A stretch of 64,000 nucleotides of DNA from a virus: positions 1-64,000 of the IMG/VR virus record IMGVR_UViG_3300008117_004020. The stretch is one strand, 5' to 3'. Positions 8,750-18,798 of the stretch are shown in pieces. A program made the translations under genes and the position numbers. The stretch's first letter is position 1. Each line of letters starts with the position of its first letter. The notes under the pieces were generated by a model. The model saw only the letters and a program-made list of their open reading frames with translations, did not search any database and had not been told where the DNA came from.

Positions 8750-11482
8750 TTACTTCTTCTTTTTACTATTGTCTGGTTTGTCGTATTTATTCTTGTTAGT
8801 TCTAGCAATCTGCAATTGTTTGTCAGCAATACGTTCTCTAGCAGATATCTCTCTTTCTTTTAGATTGTTAGTCTCACGCTGAGAAATTTGCTTGTTAACT
8901 TCCCTCTCTCTATCTAAATTCATTTGCTCTCTGTAGTTCTCTTGCTTTTGAATATTCTCCATTGCATCTTGATAGTCAGACATTTGATTTTGGTTAATAT
9001 CTGCCATTGAACCATATCCTGCAGATTTAATCTGAGAAACAAGAATATTATTTTGTCTGTCTTTCTCAGCCTCTTCAGCTTTAAACTGCATCTCCATTTG
9101 CTTTTGTTTCTCTTGAGAAGCCAGAAGCTCTTGTTGCATTTGCTGTTGATGCTGCTGTTCTTGTTGTTTTTGAGCAAGTACTTTTTCTTCAGATGATTTA
9201 AGTACACCTGTAAGTTCAGCAATAGATTCAGATTTAATAACATTGCCAAGGTCATAAATAGATGCGCCTGTAGTATTATTCTGAATAGCAAGTTGTTTAA
9301 GTTGCTCTAACACTGTTCTATGATTGCTCTTAGTACTAGCAAATATGTTAAACTCTCTAGCCAATAGATTAACTCCATTAATTTCAAAGTTGACCTTTTC
9401 CTCAGCTGATGTCATATACTGAAGTCTCACTGAAGGTTTCTTAGAATGATAATACTGAGCTAAGTCAGTTCTCATCTGATGCACCCTAGGCATTAGATAG
9501 TCAGTGTGCTGGACAAAATAATGTTCTGTCTGCGCGTGCGAGTTGACAACAGCTTGTTCAATACCCATAGCTGTTTGTTGCCCCACCACTTCTCCTAATC
9601 TCTGTGGAGAAATTCCTATCGTTTCAAAAGCTTGTTGTTTAAAATATGTAGCCAACTGTATCCTAGAAAGCAAACGCTGGGTTTGTTCAAGATTCAACAC
9701 TTGGTAGTGTTGGAAGTTTAGAGCATTCTCTGTATTGGTGATGCTTGTATCTAAAGCCAGCATCTGGAAGTTCTTCATTGCTACATATGCCTTAGAAAGA
9801 TTATGTTTTCCCCAATCTTCTCCCATAGAATGTCTAGGTAGAGCATTCTGGTCTAACATAATCACTGTACCCAACTCATCTACCAGGATGTCAGCTATCT
9901 GATTGTTTACAATGTTATAACCAATCTGGAATGGTTTCATTAAATCCACCAAGCTCACTGACCTAGTATTACGATCTGAGAATACAGATCCTTCCACTGG
10001 CAGTTTGCATCCATAAATAGTGCTGTCTCCTTTAAACTGGAATGGAAGCTTCTTTACATCAAGATAGATGGGAGCAAGTCCTCCTGGATTATTCATACCC
10101 CAGAATGATGGTCTGTTAGGACCAATCTTAACACCACCCCAAGTTTCATTAATCCATATCCAATCTATATGTTCACCAAAGACCAAGTTATCCTTGCTCT
10201 TTGTTTTAATTGTAGTTGTATTATAAAGAGGCTTTTCAGTGATTTTATATGTCTCGTCCACTATGTCTTGGACAATCTCTCCCTCATCAGTGATTCTAGT
10301 GAGATGCCCCACCTTACGCTGAGACTTCCAATAACATGTGGTAGCCCTTAGCATATGACTAGGACCATAGTCAAGAAAGTCTTCTCCCTCAGCCAATATC
10401 CATTGTACAATATCACCATTGTATGGCATATTCTCATATGCTGACAAAAACTGACGATATGCTAAAGATGGACCCTGAACATTGTATTCATGTGATCTTG
10501 TAGGATCATAGTAAGATCCATCATTTTGTAAACCTTGTATAGGAAGACCCACTGATCTTACAGGGTAGATTGCCTCTAGCGCCTCTAGTTGATCCTGAGT
10601 CATCTTATATCCATACTGGTCTATGATGTCAGAAACTGTAAGAATCTCAATCTTACCCACCCAGTTACCTTGAGAAATATATCTTGCACTTGGAGATTTA
10701 TGATAGAACGTCAACAGAGGATTCCACAATTCAATATCATAGTCATCCTCATTCATTTTGAAATGCCAGAACTCCCTGTCAGTGATTAACATATCTCTGA
10801 AAGCCATGTTCTCCAGCTCATACATGTGGAATCTTTCTTCATCCACTTTATGCTGGTGATTAGCCCATATCTCTACAATATTCCTATAATCTTTTTTAAA
10901 GAAACTCTCAATTTCAGGTAGTGACTTTAGACTAGAAGGATCCATCATCTTTTGACCATCCTCAGATTCTGGGTCTATTCCCTGTGCTATAAGATTCTCC
11001 ATCATCCTCTTCTCAGCTTTAGCAAGCAGAGTTTCCTCAATCATTGATCGTTTTTCCTCAAGCATCTCATTATATGAGATATCATCAACTGCTCTAAAAA
11101 TAATTTTAGAACTACGTTTTGCAAATTCTCCTGTGAGGACATTGATTACATTTGGAATGATTGGGTAAAATTTAAGTTCTAGCGCAGACTGATCTTCTTT
11201 AGTGAGGGTTTCAATAAGATCTGCATACTCATTGTCATCTTCTACTATATAGTCATTTCTATCAATAATACCTTTAGCAAGCTTGTAGTTTTTTAGAAGT
11301 TTTCTAGCATTTCTTCTAATCTGCTTAATACCCTGCCATTCCAGCCAGTCCATATTCCAAGCTCCCCACTCTCCATCTTTTTCTTTCCTAGGTAAAAATT
11401 GGATGGGCTGAGTGAGCGTACCCATCTTATTATATGACGTCTTTTTACCAGCTTTAAGGTCTAGGGCGTTATATACTTGCAT
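8750..11482 (-). CDS. Portal protein
   Basis: About 910 aa, between terminase and scaffold; FYPIIPNVINVLTGE, SLVDLMKPFQI.YNI, Q-rich tail. Start re-called at MQVYNALDL. Confidence 0.85.
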   Translation of the reverse strand: MQVYNALDLKAGKKTSYNKMGTLTQPIQFLPRKEKDGEWGAWNMDWLEWQGIKQIRRNARKLLKNYKLAKGIIDRNDYIVEDDNEYADLIETLTKEDQSALELKFYPIIPNVINVLTGEFAKRSSKIIFRAVDDISYNEMLEEKRSMIEETLLAKAEKRMMENLIAQGIDPESEDGQKMMDPSSLKSLPEIESFFKKDYRNIVEIWANHQHKVDEERFHMYELENMAFRDMLITDREFWHFKMNEDDYDIELWNPLLTFYHKSPSARYISQGNWVGKIEILTVSDIIDQYGYKMTQDQLEALEAIYPVRSVGLPIQGLQNDGSYYDPTRSHEYNVQGPSLAYRQFLSAYENMPYNGDIVQWILAEGEDFLDYGPSHMLRATTCYWKSQRKVGHLTRITDEGEIVQDIVDETYKITEKPLYNTTTIKTKSKDNLVFGEHIDWIWINETWGGVKIGPNRPSFWGMNNPGGLAPIYLDVKKLPFQFKGDSTIYGCKLPVEGSVFSDRNTRSVSLVDLMKPFQIGYNIVNNQIADILVDELGTVIMLDQNALPRHSMGEDWGKHNLSKAYVAMKNFQMLALDTSITNTENALNFQHYQVLNLEQTQRLLSRIQLATYFKQQAFETIGISPQRLGEVVGQQTAMGIEQAVVNSHAQTEHYFVQHTDYLMPRVHQMRTDLAQYYHSKKPSVRLQYMTSAEEKVNFEINGVNLLAREFNIFASTKSNHRTVLEQLKQLAIQNNTTGASIYDLGNVIKSESIAELTGVLKSSEEKVLAQKQQEQQHQQQMQQELLASQEKQKQMEMQFKAEEAEKDRQNNILVSQIKSAGYGSMADINQNQMSDYQDAMENIQKQENYREQMNLDREREVNKQISQRETNNLKEREISARERIADKQLQIARTNKNKYDKPDNSKKKK

Positions 11483-11487
11483 GATTA

Positions 11488-11673
11488 TTAAATAGTTAGG
11501 GTGTAATTTTGATCCCAGCTCATTGTTGTAACCCAACTAGGATCTGTAGGAATATCATCAAAGTCATCAATTTCAACAGCCTCTTGTTCATCACTTAAAA
11601 GAATAAGTGCTTCTTCTAGATTGATGTGTCCCAGCTTAATTAACTTTTCAATTAGTTCTTTTTTAATTGACAT
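11488..11673 (-). CDS. Hypothetical protein
   Basis: 61 aa; start overlaps the terminase stop. Confidence 0.6.
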   Translation of the reverse strand: MSIKKELIEKLIKLGHINLEEALILLSDEQEAVEIDDFDDIPTDPSWVTTMSWDQNYTLTI

Positions 11674-13880
11674 TATTTTATGTTTTTAAAGGCTGAACGA
11701 TGACTATTGTATTTGCTTCTTACAGTAGAAGAGTGACCCATATGTCTAAATGGGTTCAATTTTAATTTATGACTTTTTTCTGAATTTTCCAAATTATCCT
11801 TCTTAACTTCTACACGTTTAGCCAGTCCTCTGTTGGACTGCTGCACTTTAGCAAAAGCTATAAGAGCACAAAATGATACTATCCTATCCACGTTTAGTCC
11901 ATCCCTATATGCTTGCATTTCTTTAAGAAGCATTGGGTCAGGTATCCTCTCCACTCCATAAATAGTCTTCACTATTGTACCATCAGGTAGAGTTTCATGG
12001 TCTAATTCCTCTTTAAGAAATTCAATACCATATGATAGAATTGTGCCCTTGAATATTGTACCCACATTCTTCCATCCATACTCTTGGAATACATTCCTAT
12101 TAGCTCCTATGTCTTTGAGAAACAATATCATGTCTTTAGGAACCAGATACCTTTGTTTCTTCTTAGATATCATGTATTGGATGAACAGAGCTACGTTGTT
12201 CTCCACTATAGTCCAAGCATTATACCATTCTATAAGAAGCTCTAGTCTTTCATGTGTCTTGTTAATATCATCAAACCTACCGCACCAAGACGCCACTATC
12301 CTATCTCTCTCAATTGTGTTTTTAACCTTACCATCTCCTTCATCTTCAATCACTTCTACTGGATTCTTATATATGTAAATAGAACATAGAGAATCAGATG
12401 TAGTTGTCTTACCCTCACCTACAGGATCCACAGAGGCATAATACATCCCAAACGTAGGATCTTTATGTGGTCTTTCATATACACATATCACACCCTCTTT
12501 ATCTTCTGTCTTTTTAGAAATAGGGAAGTCCATGATGGGAAGCTTCCTGGATGAGGATGCTACAATCTTACCCTCTGCATTTCTAGACAGGTCCAAATAC
12601 TCAACTGAATAATCCTTATCTGAGATTCTTTGTAATTGTTTTGTAACTAAGTGGGAAGGGAACACACTCACTTTTCTAGAAGCAAATGCTTCTTCTATAT
12701 TGCGGGGGTGCTGAGATATTTCTAGTTGATATGCTTCTGGTGCTAAGTTCTTCTTTTGTTTAGTGAACTCCTCATCCAAAGCTTCTAATGCTTCTCCCAC
12801 TAGTGAATTACCATACCCATCTATGTATGGAGGCATAGACCACTGTTCTGGAATAAACAATCCTGTTTTTCCTAGGGTGCCTTCTGTATCTATAAGATTG
12901 GACTCCACCCCAAAAAATCCATTCTCTTCAGGATGTAAGATGTATTCTTTCAATGGTTCACACTGATCCAAGTCACCCACTGATCCTGCTGCAATAAACT
13001 GACCTGTGATGATGTGACCAGACTTAAGAGCTGGTTTCATGAATCCATAGGTGTCATTCATCTTAGGAGCAATACCAGCCTCCTCATGAAAGAAGTAGGT
13101 GACAGGACCACCCACACCATGTGTAGGATCTTTTTCAAAGGAGTAGAGATTTATAGTGGACTTTAGTCCCTTATATGTATCCCTACCATTTATCCTCACT
13201 TTAATCTGCTGTTGCCATGCTCCCACCTTGTCTGGTTCAGCTGGTCTATACCAAGCAGTGTGTTCATTAAGGAAGTTTTTATACTCATTCAAAAACTTCC
13301 ATGAACCTTTCTCATTTATATAGTCTTTTAGACTCGCTCCTATTTTTAACACTGCACCCTCTTCAAACCAATATTGGTTAATGAGTTTAGCCATGTGAAA
13401 ATAGGAGGAGGCTATCTGACGTTTTTTAAGGATAATGGCATGTTTATAATTAAGCTCAGCTAAATGTTCATATAGAGCCATGTGATACTGAGCATCTCTC
13501 ACTTTTGCAAAGTCAAATCTCTTTTCCTCCTTATCGTATATAGGCAGGAAATTAAGCCACATATAATAATCACGACTAATATACCAAGTGTTACCATTAG
13601 AGTGTACAATAATCCCCTTACGACATTTATTTTTCTGATCATCCCAGTAGGTAATGAAATCTTTTGTTTTAACTGGTGCAGAACAGTAATACTTTTGTCT
13701 TTGAAACTTTCTAGCTTCTGCATTAAATATGAGACTGCTTTCATCAAAATTGTATTGACCAGGTTCTTTAAATATAGAAGACACGAAGGCTTTAAACTCT
13801 TCTCTGGAAGAAAAGGTTGTTATACTCCATTCCCCATCTTTGTATGTAGGGATATCAGTATAATTATTTATTTCTTGCAT
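11673..13880 (-). CDS. terL: Terminase large subunit
   Basis: Walker A-like LKKRQIASS, Walker B FFHEEAG, nuclease motif YYASVDPV, C-terminal DRIVS. Confidence 0.92.
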   Translation of the reverse strand: MQEINNYTDIPTYKDGEWSITTFSSREEFKAFVSSIFKEPGQYNFDESSLIFNAEARKFQRQKYYCSAPVKTKDFITYWDDQKNKCRKGIIVHSNGNTWYISRDYYMWLNFLPIYDKEEKRFDFAKVRDAQYHMALYEHLAELNYKHAIILKKRQIASSYFHMAKLINQYWFEEGAVLKIGASLKDYINEKGSWKFLNEYKNFLNEHTAWYRPAEPDKVGAWQQQIKVRINGRDTYKGLKSTINLYSFEKDPTHGVGGPVTYFFHEEAGIAPKMNDTYGFMKPALKSGHIITGQFIAAGSVGDLDQCEPLKEYILHPEENGFFGVESNLIDTEGTLGKTGLFIPEQWSMPPYIDGYGNSLVGEALEALDEEFTKQKKNLAPEAYQLEISQHPRNIEEAFASRKVSVFPSHLVTKQLQRISDKDYSVEYLDLSRNAEGKIVASSSRKLPIMDFPISKKTEDKEGVICVYERPHKDPTFGMYYASVDPVGEGKTTTSDSLCSIYIYKNPVEVIEDEGDGKVKNTIERDRIVASWCGRFDDINKTHERLELLIEWYNAWTIVENNVALFIQYMISKKKQRYLVPKDMILFLKDIGANRNVFQEYGWKNVGTIFKGTILSYGIEFLKEELDHETLPDGTIVKTIYGVERIPDPMLLKEMQAYRDGLNVDRIVSFCALIAFAKVQQSNRGLAKRVEVKKDNLENSEKSHKLKLNPFRHMGHSSTVRSKYNSHRSAFKNIK

Positions 13881-14130
13881 TCACCAACTTTTCAAGTTTT
13901 TCAACATCTCCCTTTGTCTTATGCAAAAGCTCTATAAGTGTGTTAATAGATTTACTTCTGATTATTTGAGGATGGTGATAGTCTTCCCAGTATTCATATT
14001 TTAAATCCTTTGGGATGGCTGCCCATTGTTTTGTATATGGATTGAAATGAAACATCCAATCATACATAAATAAATCTGATGGGTCATACCCAGGTTCTAC
14101 ATCTTGATAAGTTTCTTGTTTCTTTGCCAT
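13864..14130 (-). CDS. Hypothetical protein
   Basis: 88 aa, operonic overlap. Confidence 0.65.
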   Translation of the reverse strand: MAKKQETYQDVEPGYDPSDLFMYDWMFHFNPYTKQWAAIPKDLKYEYWEDYHHPQIIRSKSINTLIELLHKTKGDVEKLEKLVNARNK

Positions 14131-14137
14131 ATTAATT

Positions 14138-14650
14138 TTATTGATCGTATGCTAATGACTGTCCTCCTCTGACAGATGATTGTTGTTCTTCCATTAAATC
14201 TTTATACACACCTTTATAACTTTGTCGTATTGCATCAAAATCTTTTGCTATTCTACCTATCTGTGCAATGTTACCATCGCGCCCATCTGTAATCTGTGTT
14301 GTGGACATATAGAATGCAATATTGTCCAGCGCTTTTTTAATACCGTAATATGCCCTAGAGGTTTCTGTTTGATACATCTTGTTGCACATATTAAGCGCTT
14401 TAACCACATCATCATCCTCTGGTAAGAATGTAGCCTCTATCTCTTTTAGTATCACTTCCTCTTTCTCCTCATCTGGAAAATGAAAGAATGGGTTTAAATC
14501 TGGATTGGGGCATGTCATATAAAACAGATAGGTGTACACTTGGACATGGTCATCAGGATGGTTGTCTAATATATCCTTTAAAAATTTTAACGTATAACAA
14601 TGCTCAGATGGAACCACCTTACCATTTTGTATATCAAATAATCTTATCAT
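14138..14650 (-). CDS. Conserved protein, candidate terminase small subunit
   Basis: 170 aa upstream of terL with C-terminal VRGG; function inferred from position. Confidence 0.5.
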   Translation of the reverse strand: MIRLFDIQNGKVVPSEHCYTLKFLKDILDNHPDDHVQVYTYLFYMTCPNPDLNPFFHFPDEEKEEVILKEIEATFLPEDDDVVKALNMCNKMYQTETSRAYYGIKKALDNIAFYMSTTQITDGRDGNIAQIGRIAKDFDAIRQSYKGVYKDLMEEQQSSVRGGQSLAYDQ

Positions 14651-15021
14651 ATTGTTCTGTATAACATTGCCAGCGCTTCAAATCTACCAGCAGTTTTTTG
14701 TAATGTGACAATAGTGTCCCTACTCTTACGCATTGCATAGTCTAGTTCTAAGCTAGAAGCTATGAACAATTGTGTTGATAGTTCATCCAGTTGTTTCTCA
14801 TCCATACTGTTCTTAAGAATAGACAGCAACTCTTTAGACAAAGACTCCATTGCTGAACATTTACCATGAGGGTAGATGTCATTCTGTAAATCTATCGCTG
14901 TATCTTCTAGTAATTTAGCTATGTCAAAGAATAGCTGAGAAAGCTTGGTGCGCTTTTTTTCATCAGATGACAGCTTCTTGCCTATAACTGTAATGATTGT
15001 ATCCACTATATCAAGCCACAT
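14647..15021 (-). CDS. Hypothetical protein
   Basis: 124 aa, helical, overlaps both neighbours. Confidence 0.6.
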   Translation of the reverse strand: MWLDIVDTIITVIGKKLSSDEKKRTKLSQLFFDIAKLLEDTAIDLQNDIYPHGKCSAMESLSKELLSILKNSMDEKQLDELSTQLFIASSLELDYAMRKSRDTIVTLQKTAGRFEALAMLYRTI

Positions 15022-15845
15022 TATTTCTTAGATTTTATTTTGTTATTAGCAGCATAATTAATCAAAGATATGATTTCTCTTTTTAAATAGTCTACACTGT
15101 AAGGCACTACATCCTTCACTATGGGATCGCCATTGTTATCCAATGCTGTTATAGGATTGTCATACTTATCACGTCCCACCTCCTCAAATATAATATGATG
15201 CAGTGTCATACTTCCTGGGGATAGTGTAGGATTGTGCTTTAATATCATATACATGTACAATGACAATTGAAGAGAATAGTGATTGAAGTTGCAATCATCC
15301 AGATGTGCAACAGGATGGGCCATCTTTTGTTTAAGCCCTTCCCAGTTTGTGAAACTTTCTGTCTTTATCTCTTTGTTTGTTTTATAGTCTGTTATATTCA
15401 CCCTACCATTTACCACTTCCACCAAATCAGACTGACCACACAGTCCTGCTGATTTAAGATAGACCAGATGTTCTGGATAGACACCATCTGTTAGTTTCTG
15501 AGAAGGAGCATGTTTGATTCCATCCTTCTCAATAGGTTTGAATACAGGAACCACCACTCCCTCACGCTCTATTGTCTCCAGTCCACACAAGTCAGCTTCC
15601 CTTTGATTATGATACCATGTCCCTAATGTCGTAGCTCTGTCAGCCTCAGCCTTCCAGAGATTTTTAATTTCCTCAGGATCAATACCACACCACTTAGACT
15701 TCTTGTTTTTAGAAGCCTTCTTAGATATGGTGTCAGCGTCAAATGGTTGCTTAAAATTTCCAATAAAACTTGTTACGCTTAGCCAATTTATATCATCGTC
15801 ACTTACATATTTATGGTCATGTGCTGTAAACTTTAATATACTCAT
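15021..15845 (-). CDS. PD-(D/E)XK (Cas4-like/exonuclease) nuclease
   Basis: GTWYH, PEHLVY, GQSDLV, ITDYKTNK, YSLQLSLY; start re-called at MSILKF. Confidence 0.85.
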   Translation of the reverse strand: MSILKFTAHDHKYVSDDDINWLSVTSFIGNFKQPFDADTISKKASKNKKSKWCGIDPEEIKNLWKAEADRATTLGTWYHNQREADLCGLETIEREGVVVPVFKPIEKDGIKHAPSQKLTDGVYPEHLVYLKSAGLCGQSDLVEVVNGRVNITDYKTNKEIKTESFTNWEGLKQKMAHPVAHLDDCNFNHYSLQLSLYMYMILKHNPTLSPGSMTLHHIIFEEVGRDKYDNPITALDNNGDPIVKDVVPYSVDYLKREIISLINYAANNKIKSKK

Positions 15846-15849
15846 AATA

Positions 15850-16059
15850 TTATTTTTTAAATAAAAACTTAAAAGCATCTATTATGTTTTTTGGCATATA
15901 CCAATCATATAAATAAATACTTTTTGGTGCTACTATCACTCCTACATTTTTAACCCATAGCATCCACTTTTTATTCCATTTAAAAAGAAGAATACCTTTT
16001 ACTGGAAACTCCTCTGGATTTTTAAAGTCTGCATTTCTAAAATCATAAAAAGTTTTCAT
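15850..16059 (-). CDS. Hypothetical protein
   Basis: 69 aa, tiles the operon. Confidence 0.55.
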   Translation of the reverse strand: MKTFYDFRNADFKNPEEFPVKGILLFKWNKKWMLWVKNVGVIVAPKSIYLYDWYMPKNIIDAFKFLFKK

Positions 16060-16382
16060 ATTCCTAATTTTTGGTTTAATTTATCTTCTTCCTCCTCTGT
16101 AAGAAGAGCCTCCCATTTGTTCAAGGGACATTCTGAAGACATGCTTCTGGTCTTTAACTTTAAAGAGCAACCACATCCTCCTTTAGTTTCATCGCAACAG
16201 GGTTGTGTACCTGGCAACATGCATCCTGTACCATGCACATCATAAAGGTGACAATCCATGCAAATCTGCATTCTCTGATGTGCAACTTCCTCCACATCCT
16301 CTTTCTTAAAGATGGAATTGGTGATGCCCTCTAGGATTTGTCCCTTACTTTTCCAAATCTGTAGTATGTTCTTGAATGTCAT
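16056..16382 (-). CDS. Cys-rich Zn-binding protein
   Basis: R..IC..C, CC, CGC.L..K.R, CP..KW. Confidence 0.7.
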   Translation of the reverse strand: MTFKNILQIWKSKGQILEGITNSIFKKEDVEEVAHQRMQICMDCHLYDVHGTGCMLPGTQPCCDETKGGCGCSLKLKTRSMSSECPLNKWEALLTEEEEDKLNQKLGI

Positions 16383-16743
16383 TGTTAAATCTTTTATTTA
16401 TAACTTCTGATCTTCTTTGTCTTTCCTCTAATAAAAACTCTTTCATTTTTTCTATTAGCTTGAGTTTTTCCTGGTATTCCTGTTTAATAGAATACTCCCT
16501 GATAGTATCATTTGACATTATGGAGATGAGCTTGTTACACTTCTCTTCATAGTTAATCAGGGCTTTTTCCTTAATGTAGAAATGTCCCAGATTCTCTAGA
16601 TGAACATTGACAGCCTCTAGATTGGACAGCTTCTGTCTTATTGTTTTATAATAAAAAGACATCACTGTCTGCACTTCATCTACAGACTTCTCCATTTCCA
16701 TAGCATAGCTAGGAATAAGATTTCTCACTTTAGTTGGATGCAA
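16345..16743 (-). CDS. IHF/HU-like DNA-binding protein (crAss capsid-block IHF)
   Basis: Two helices then VHLENLGHFYIK, resembling the HU/IHF G.F strand; position matches crAss IHF-like genes. Confidence 0.6.
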   Translation of the reverse strand: MHPTKVRNLIPSYAMEMEKSVDEVQTVMSFYYKTIRQKLSNLEAVNVHLENLGHFYIKEKALINYEEKCNKLISIMSNDTIREYSIKQEYQEKLKLIEKMKEFLLEERQRRSEVINKRFNNDIQEHTTDLEK

Positions 16744-17095
16744 CGCTTAGGAATTTATAGTCAAGCAATATATTACCCTCAGTTTGTATCTTAATCTCAG
16801 GATTGATGTAAATCTTCTTCTTACTCTTTCCCTCCTTAATTACAAGTTTGTTTTTCTCTGCTCTAGCTATAGCATTCCTAGCTGACTGCGAAGATTTAAA
16901 CACACCCTTCTCATGCACCTTGGTGCAGAATGCATTCAAGTCTTGCACTCCATCAATGGCTAACATAATCAGACAAATTATTTCTGAGCTGCTAAGTACA
17001 ATTCCAGACAAAAAACAATGGGTTATTATCTGAAATTGCACCGCAGCTTGCTTGTCTAACTTAGCCTTTTTTTCTACTAGGTTAACAACGGCCAT
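16730..17095 (-). CDS. Winged-HTH protein
   Basis: SSQSARNAIARAEKNKLVIK followed by a wing hairpin. Confidence 0.55.
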   Translation of the reverse strand: MAVVNLVEKKAKLDKQAAVQFQIITHCFLSGIVLSSSEIICLIMLAIDGVQDLNAFCTKVHEKGVFKSSQSARNAIARAEKNKLVIKEGKSKKKIYINPEIKIQTEGNILLDYKFLSVASN

Positions 17096-17097
17096 AA

Positions 17098-17418
17098 CTA
17101 TTGAGCAGTTTCTGTTTTAAGTTTTCTTTTCAGAGTCTTTGGTACAGGTATCTCATCACCTACATTAATACCAGCATCCTTAAGATCAGGATTGTTTGCC
17201 ATATCCTCTTCTGTGATGATATGATTCTCCATCTCCTCTTGAGGCTGTGGGTTGGTGATTTGACCAATCATCACCAATGCTCTAAGCTCATCAGCCCTAC
17301 CCATGGCAATCTTGGTGTTTAACTCTTGCAACTCAGCTCTTAGTTTAGCCAGCTCAATTGACTCATTTAGAAAATCAATAAGCTCTTCTCTGGTTGGTTG
17401 TTTTTGTTCTTCTGACAT
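17098..17418 (-). CDS. Hypothetical coiled-coil protein
   Basis: 106 aa; first gene after an intergenic promoter-like segment. Confidence 0.65.
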   Translation of the reverse strand: MSEEQKQPTREELIDFLNESIELAKLRAELQELNTKIAMGRADELRALVMIGQITNPQPQEEMENHIITEEDMANNPDLKDAGINVGDEIPVPKTLKRKLKTETAQ

Positions 17419-17514
17419 AATAAATTTGGTTTTATACTATAAATATACATAATATGTTTAAACTTTCCAAATTTATTTTTTAAACATAAAATAAAAAAGG
17501 GAGATTATCTCTCC

Positions 17515-18174
17515 CTATTTACCATATTCAAAGTCTAGTATTTTCCCCACCAGGTCTGAGCGGTGGTTATGTTTGAGCTTCACCCATTGTATCTCTTTAA
17601 TCTTCTTTGATAATTCTATAACGTAGGATAGACCGTTCATCTCCCCATTTCTGGTGGTGATGTCAGTCTGTTCATTATCCCCATTAATGATTATCTTACC
17701 TGTCTTACCCAGTCTTGTAAGGATGGCTAGCATCTCAGCCTTTGTCAGGTTCTGTGCTTCTTCCACCACCAAGACATCATCTATTGTCTTACCCCTTATA
17801 TATTGTACTGGCAGTGCCACCACTTGTTGCTGGTTGACCAGCGCCTCAATCTTTTCTTTGGAATAGCACTTAGTGAGGTTTTCCAAGAAGGCTTCTAGGT
17901 AGGGGTTAAACTTATCATTCAATGATCCTGGTAGAAATCCCAGGGAATGTCCCACTTCTACAGCTGCCCTGGTCACTAGGATTTGCTCACATTCCTTTTT
18001 AAATAGAAAGTCCAAAGCTGTCTGTGCTGACACTAGAGACTTACCACAGCCTGCCCTCCCTGTAATCACCACTATTTGGTTCTCCCTTATTATCCTCTTA
18101 GCTTCCTTTTGTTCTTCATTGAGGGTGACACTATACTTAATCTCATTCTTACGTTCTCTATTTGGTTCTTTCAT
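17515..18174 (-). CDS. phoH: PhoH-like ATPase
   Basis: GRAGCGKS, TRAAVE, LGFLPG, YIRGKT, EEAQN, LTRLG, GDNEQTD, HRS.LV. Confidence 0.95.
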   Translation of the reverse strand: MKEPNRERKNEIKYSVTLNEEQKEAKRIIRENQIVVITGRAGCGKSLVSAQTALDFLFKKECEQILVTRAAVEVGHSLGFLPGSLNDKFNPYLEAFLENLTKCYSKEKIEALVNQQQVVALPVQYIRGKTIDDVLVVEEAQNLTKAEMLAILTRLGKTGKIIINGDNEQTDITTRNGEMNGLSYVIELSKKIKEIQWVKLKHNHRSDLVGKILDFEYGK

Positions 18175-18476
18175 ATATTAGCGTTTTATACAAGACAGAC
18201 CTCTAGTTCCCCTGTGTCCTTTTAATTGCACACTTCAACTAGAGCTGTACGTCAGACTTTGCGTCTTTACACCCCCTTGGAAACTCATCTCCCTGTCAAT
18301 TCAGGACACTCTACCTATGTGTATTGTTCCAACCTCTATGTCTATAATGCAACCAGTTTTGTACCTATTGGAGAAAACCCTGGGATCTATTTGACCCCTC
18401 CAACCCAACTTCTGGTCCACTACTCACTATATAGCCCCTCGTGGACGTCCTCTGTGGTATAACAGATGGTACAATA

Positions 18477-18484
18477 CAAATATA
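18477..18484 (-). promoter_or_regulatory. Bacteroidota -7 box (TATATTTG) facing phoH
   Basis: Matches TAnnTTTG on the minus strand, about 300 bp upstream of phoH. Confidence 0.55.
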
Positions 18485-18512
18485 CTACATACCCTGGACA
18501 TACCCAAATTTA

Positions 18513-18528
18513 TGTTCCACGTGAAACA
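18513..18528. promoter_or_regulatory. parS-consensus site
   Basis: TGTTCCACGTGAAACA matches TGTTNCACGTGAAACA at every position; intergenic. Confidence 0.75.
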
Positions 18529-18531
18529 TAT

Positions 18532-18728
18532 CCCCCCTAAGTCACCCCTCAAGTACACCCCCCTAGTTACCCCCTAGGTCCCTATGATAATTTGGTGTAT
18601 GTTAGATGTTGTGAGTACCTTATAATAACAAGACCCCCCAGTCAGAGACAGCGAGGGCTACCCCCCTAGGTCTTGGGGACAAGAGACTGAATCTATACAA
18701 TCTAAGGGGGAGGGGGTGACACAAGGGG
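18532..18728. repeat. C-/G-tract cluster with CCCCCTAG-type repeats
   Basis: Several C4-C7 runs followed by G-runs in an otherwise AT-rich genome. Confidence 0.7.
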
Positions 18729-18739
18729 AAGACAAGGAC

Positions 18740-18798
18740 TTCTACTCATCCATCAGTCTGCATGCTTCGCATGCATCCTGCTGTCTGGACACCTATAT
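18740..18798 (+). promoter_or_regulatory. Motif-hairpin-motif repeat, copy 1
   Basis: TTCTACTC ... TGCATGC-TTC-GCATGCA ... GGACACCTATAT. Confidence 0.55.

Noticed and set aside
412-13937. Long antisense ORFs (412, 6069, 6567, 7629, 7736, 12043, 13482)
   Set aside because: They are shadows of codon-biased minus-strand structural genes and carry no motifs.
18252-18266. GACGCAAAG resembling a c-di-GMP-I riboswitch segment
   Set aside because: The upstream GGCAAAC/GNRA stem and the downstream receptor stem are not present.
18226-18462. 78-aa plus-strand ORF
   Set aside because: TTG start, atypical composition, and antisense to the phoH leader.
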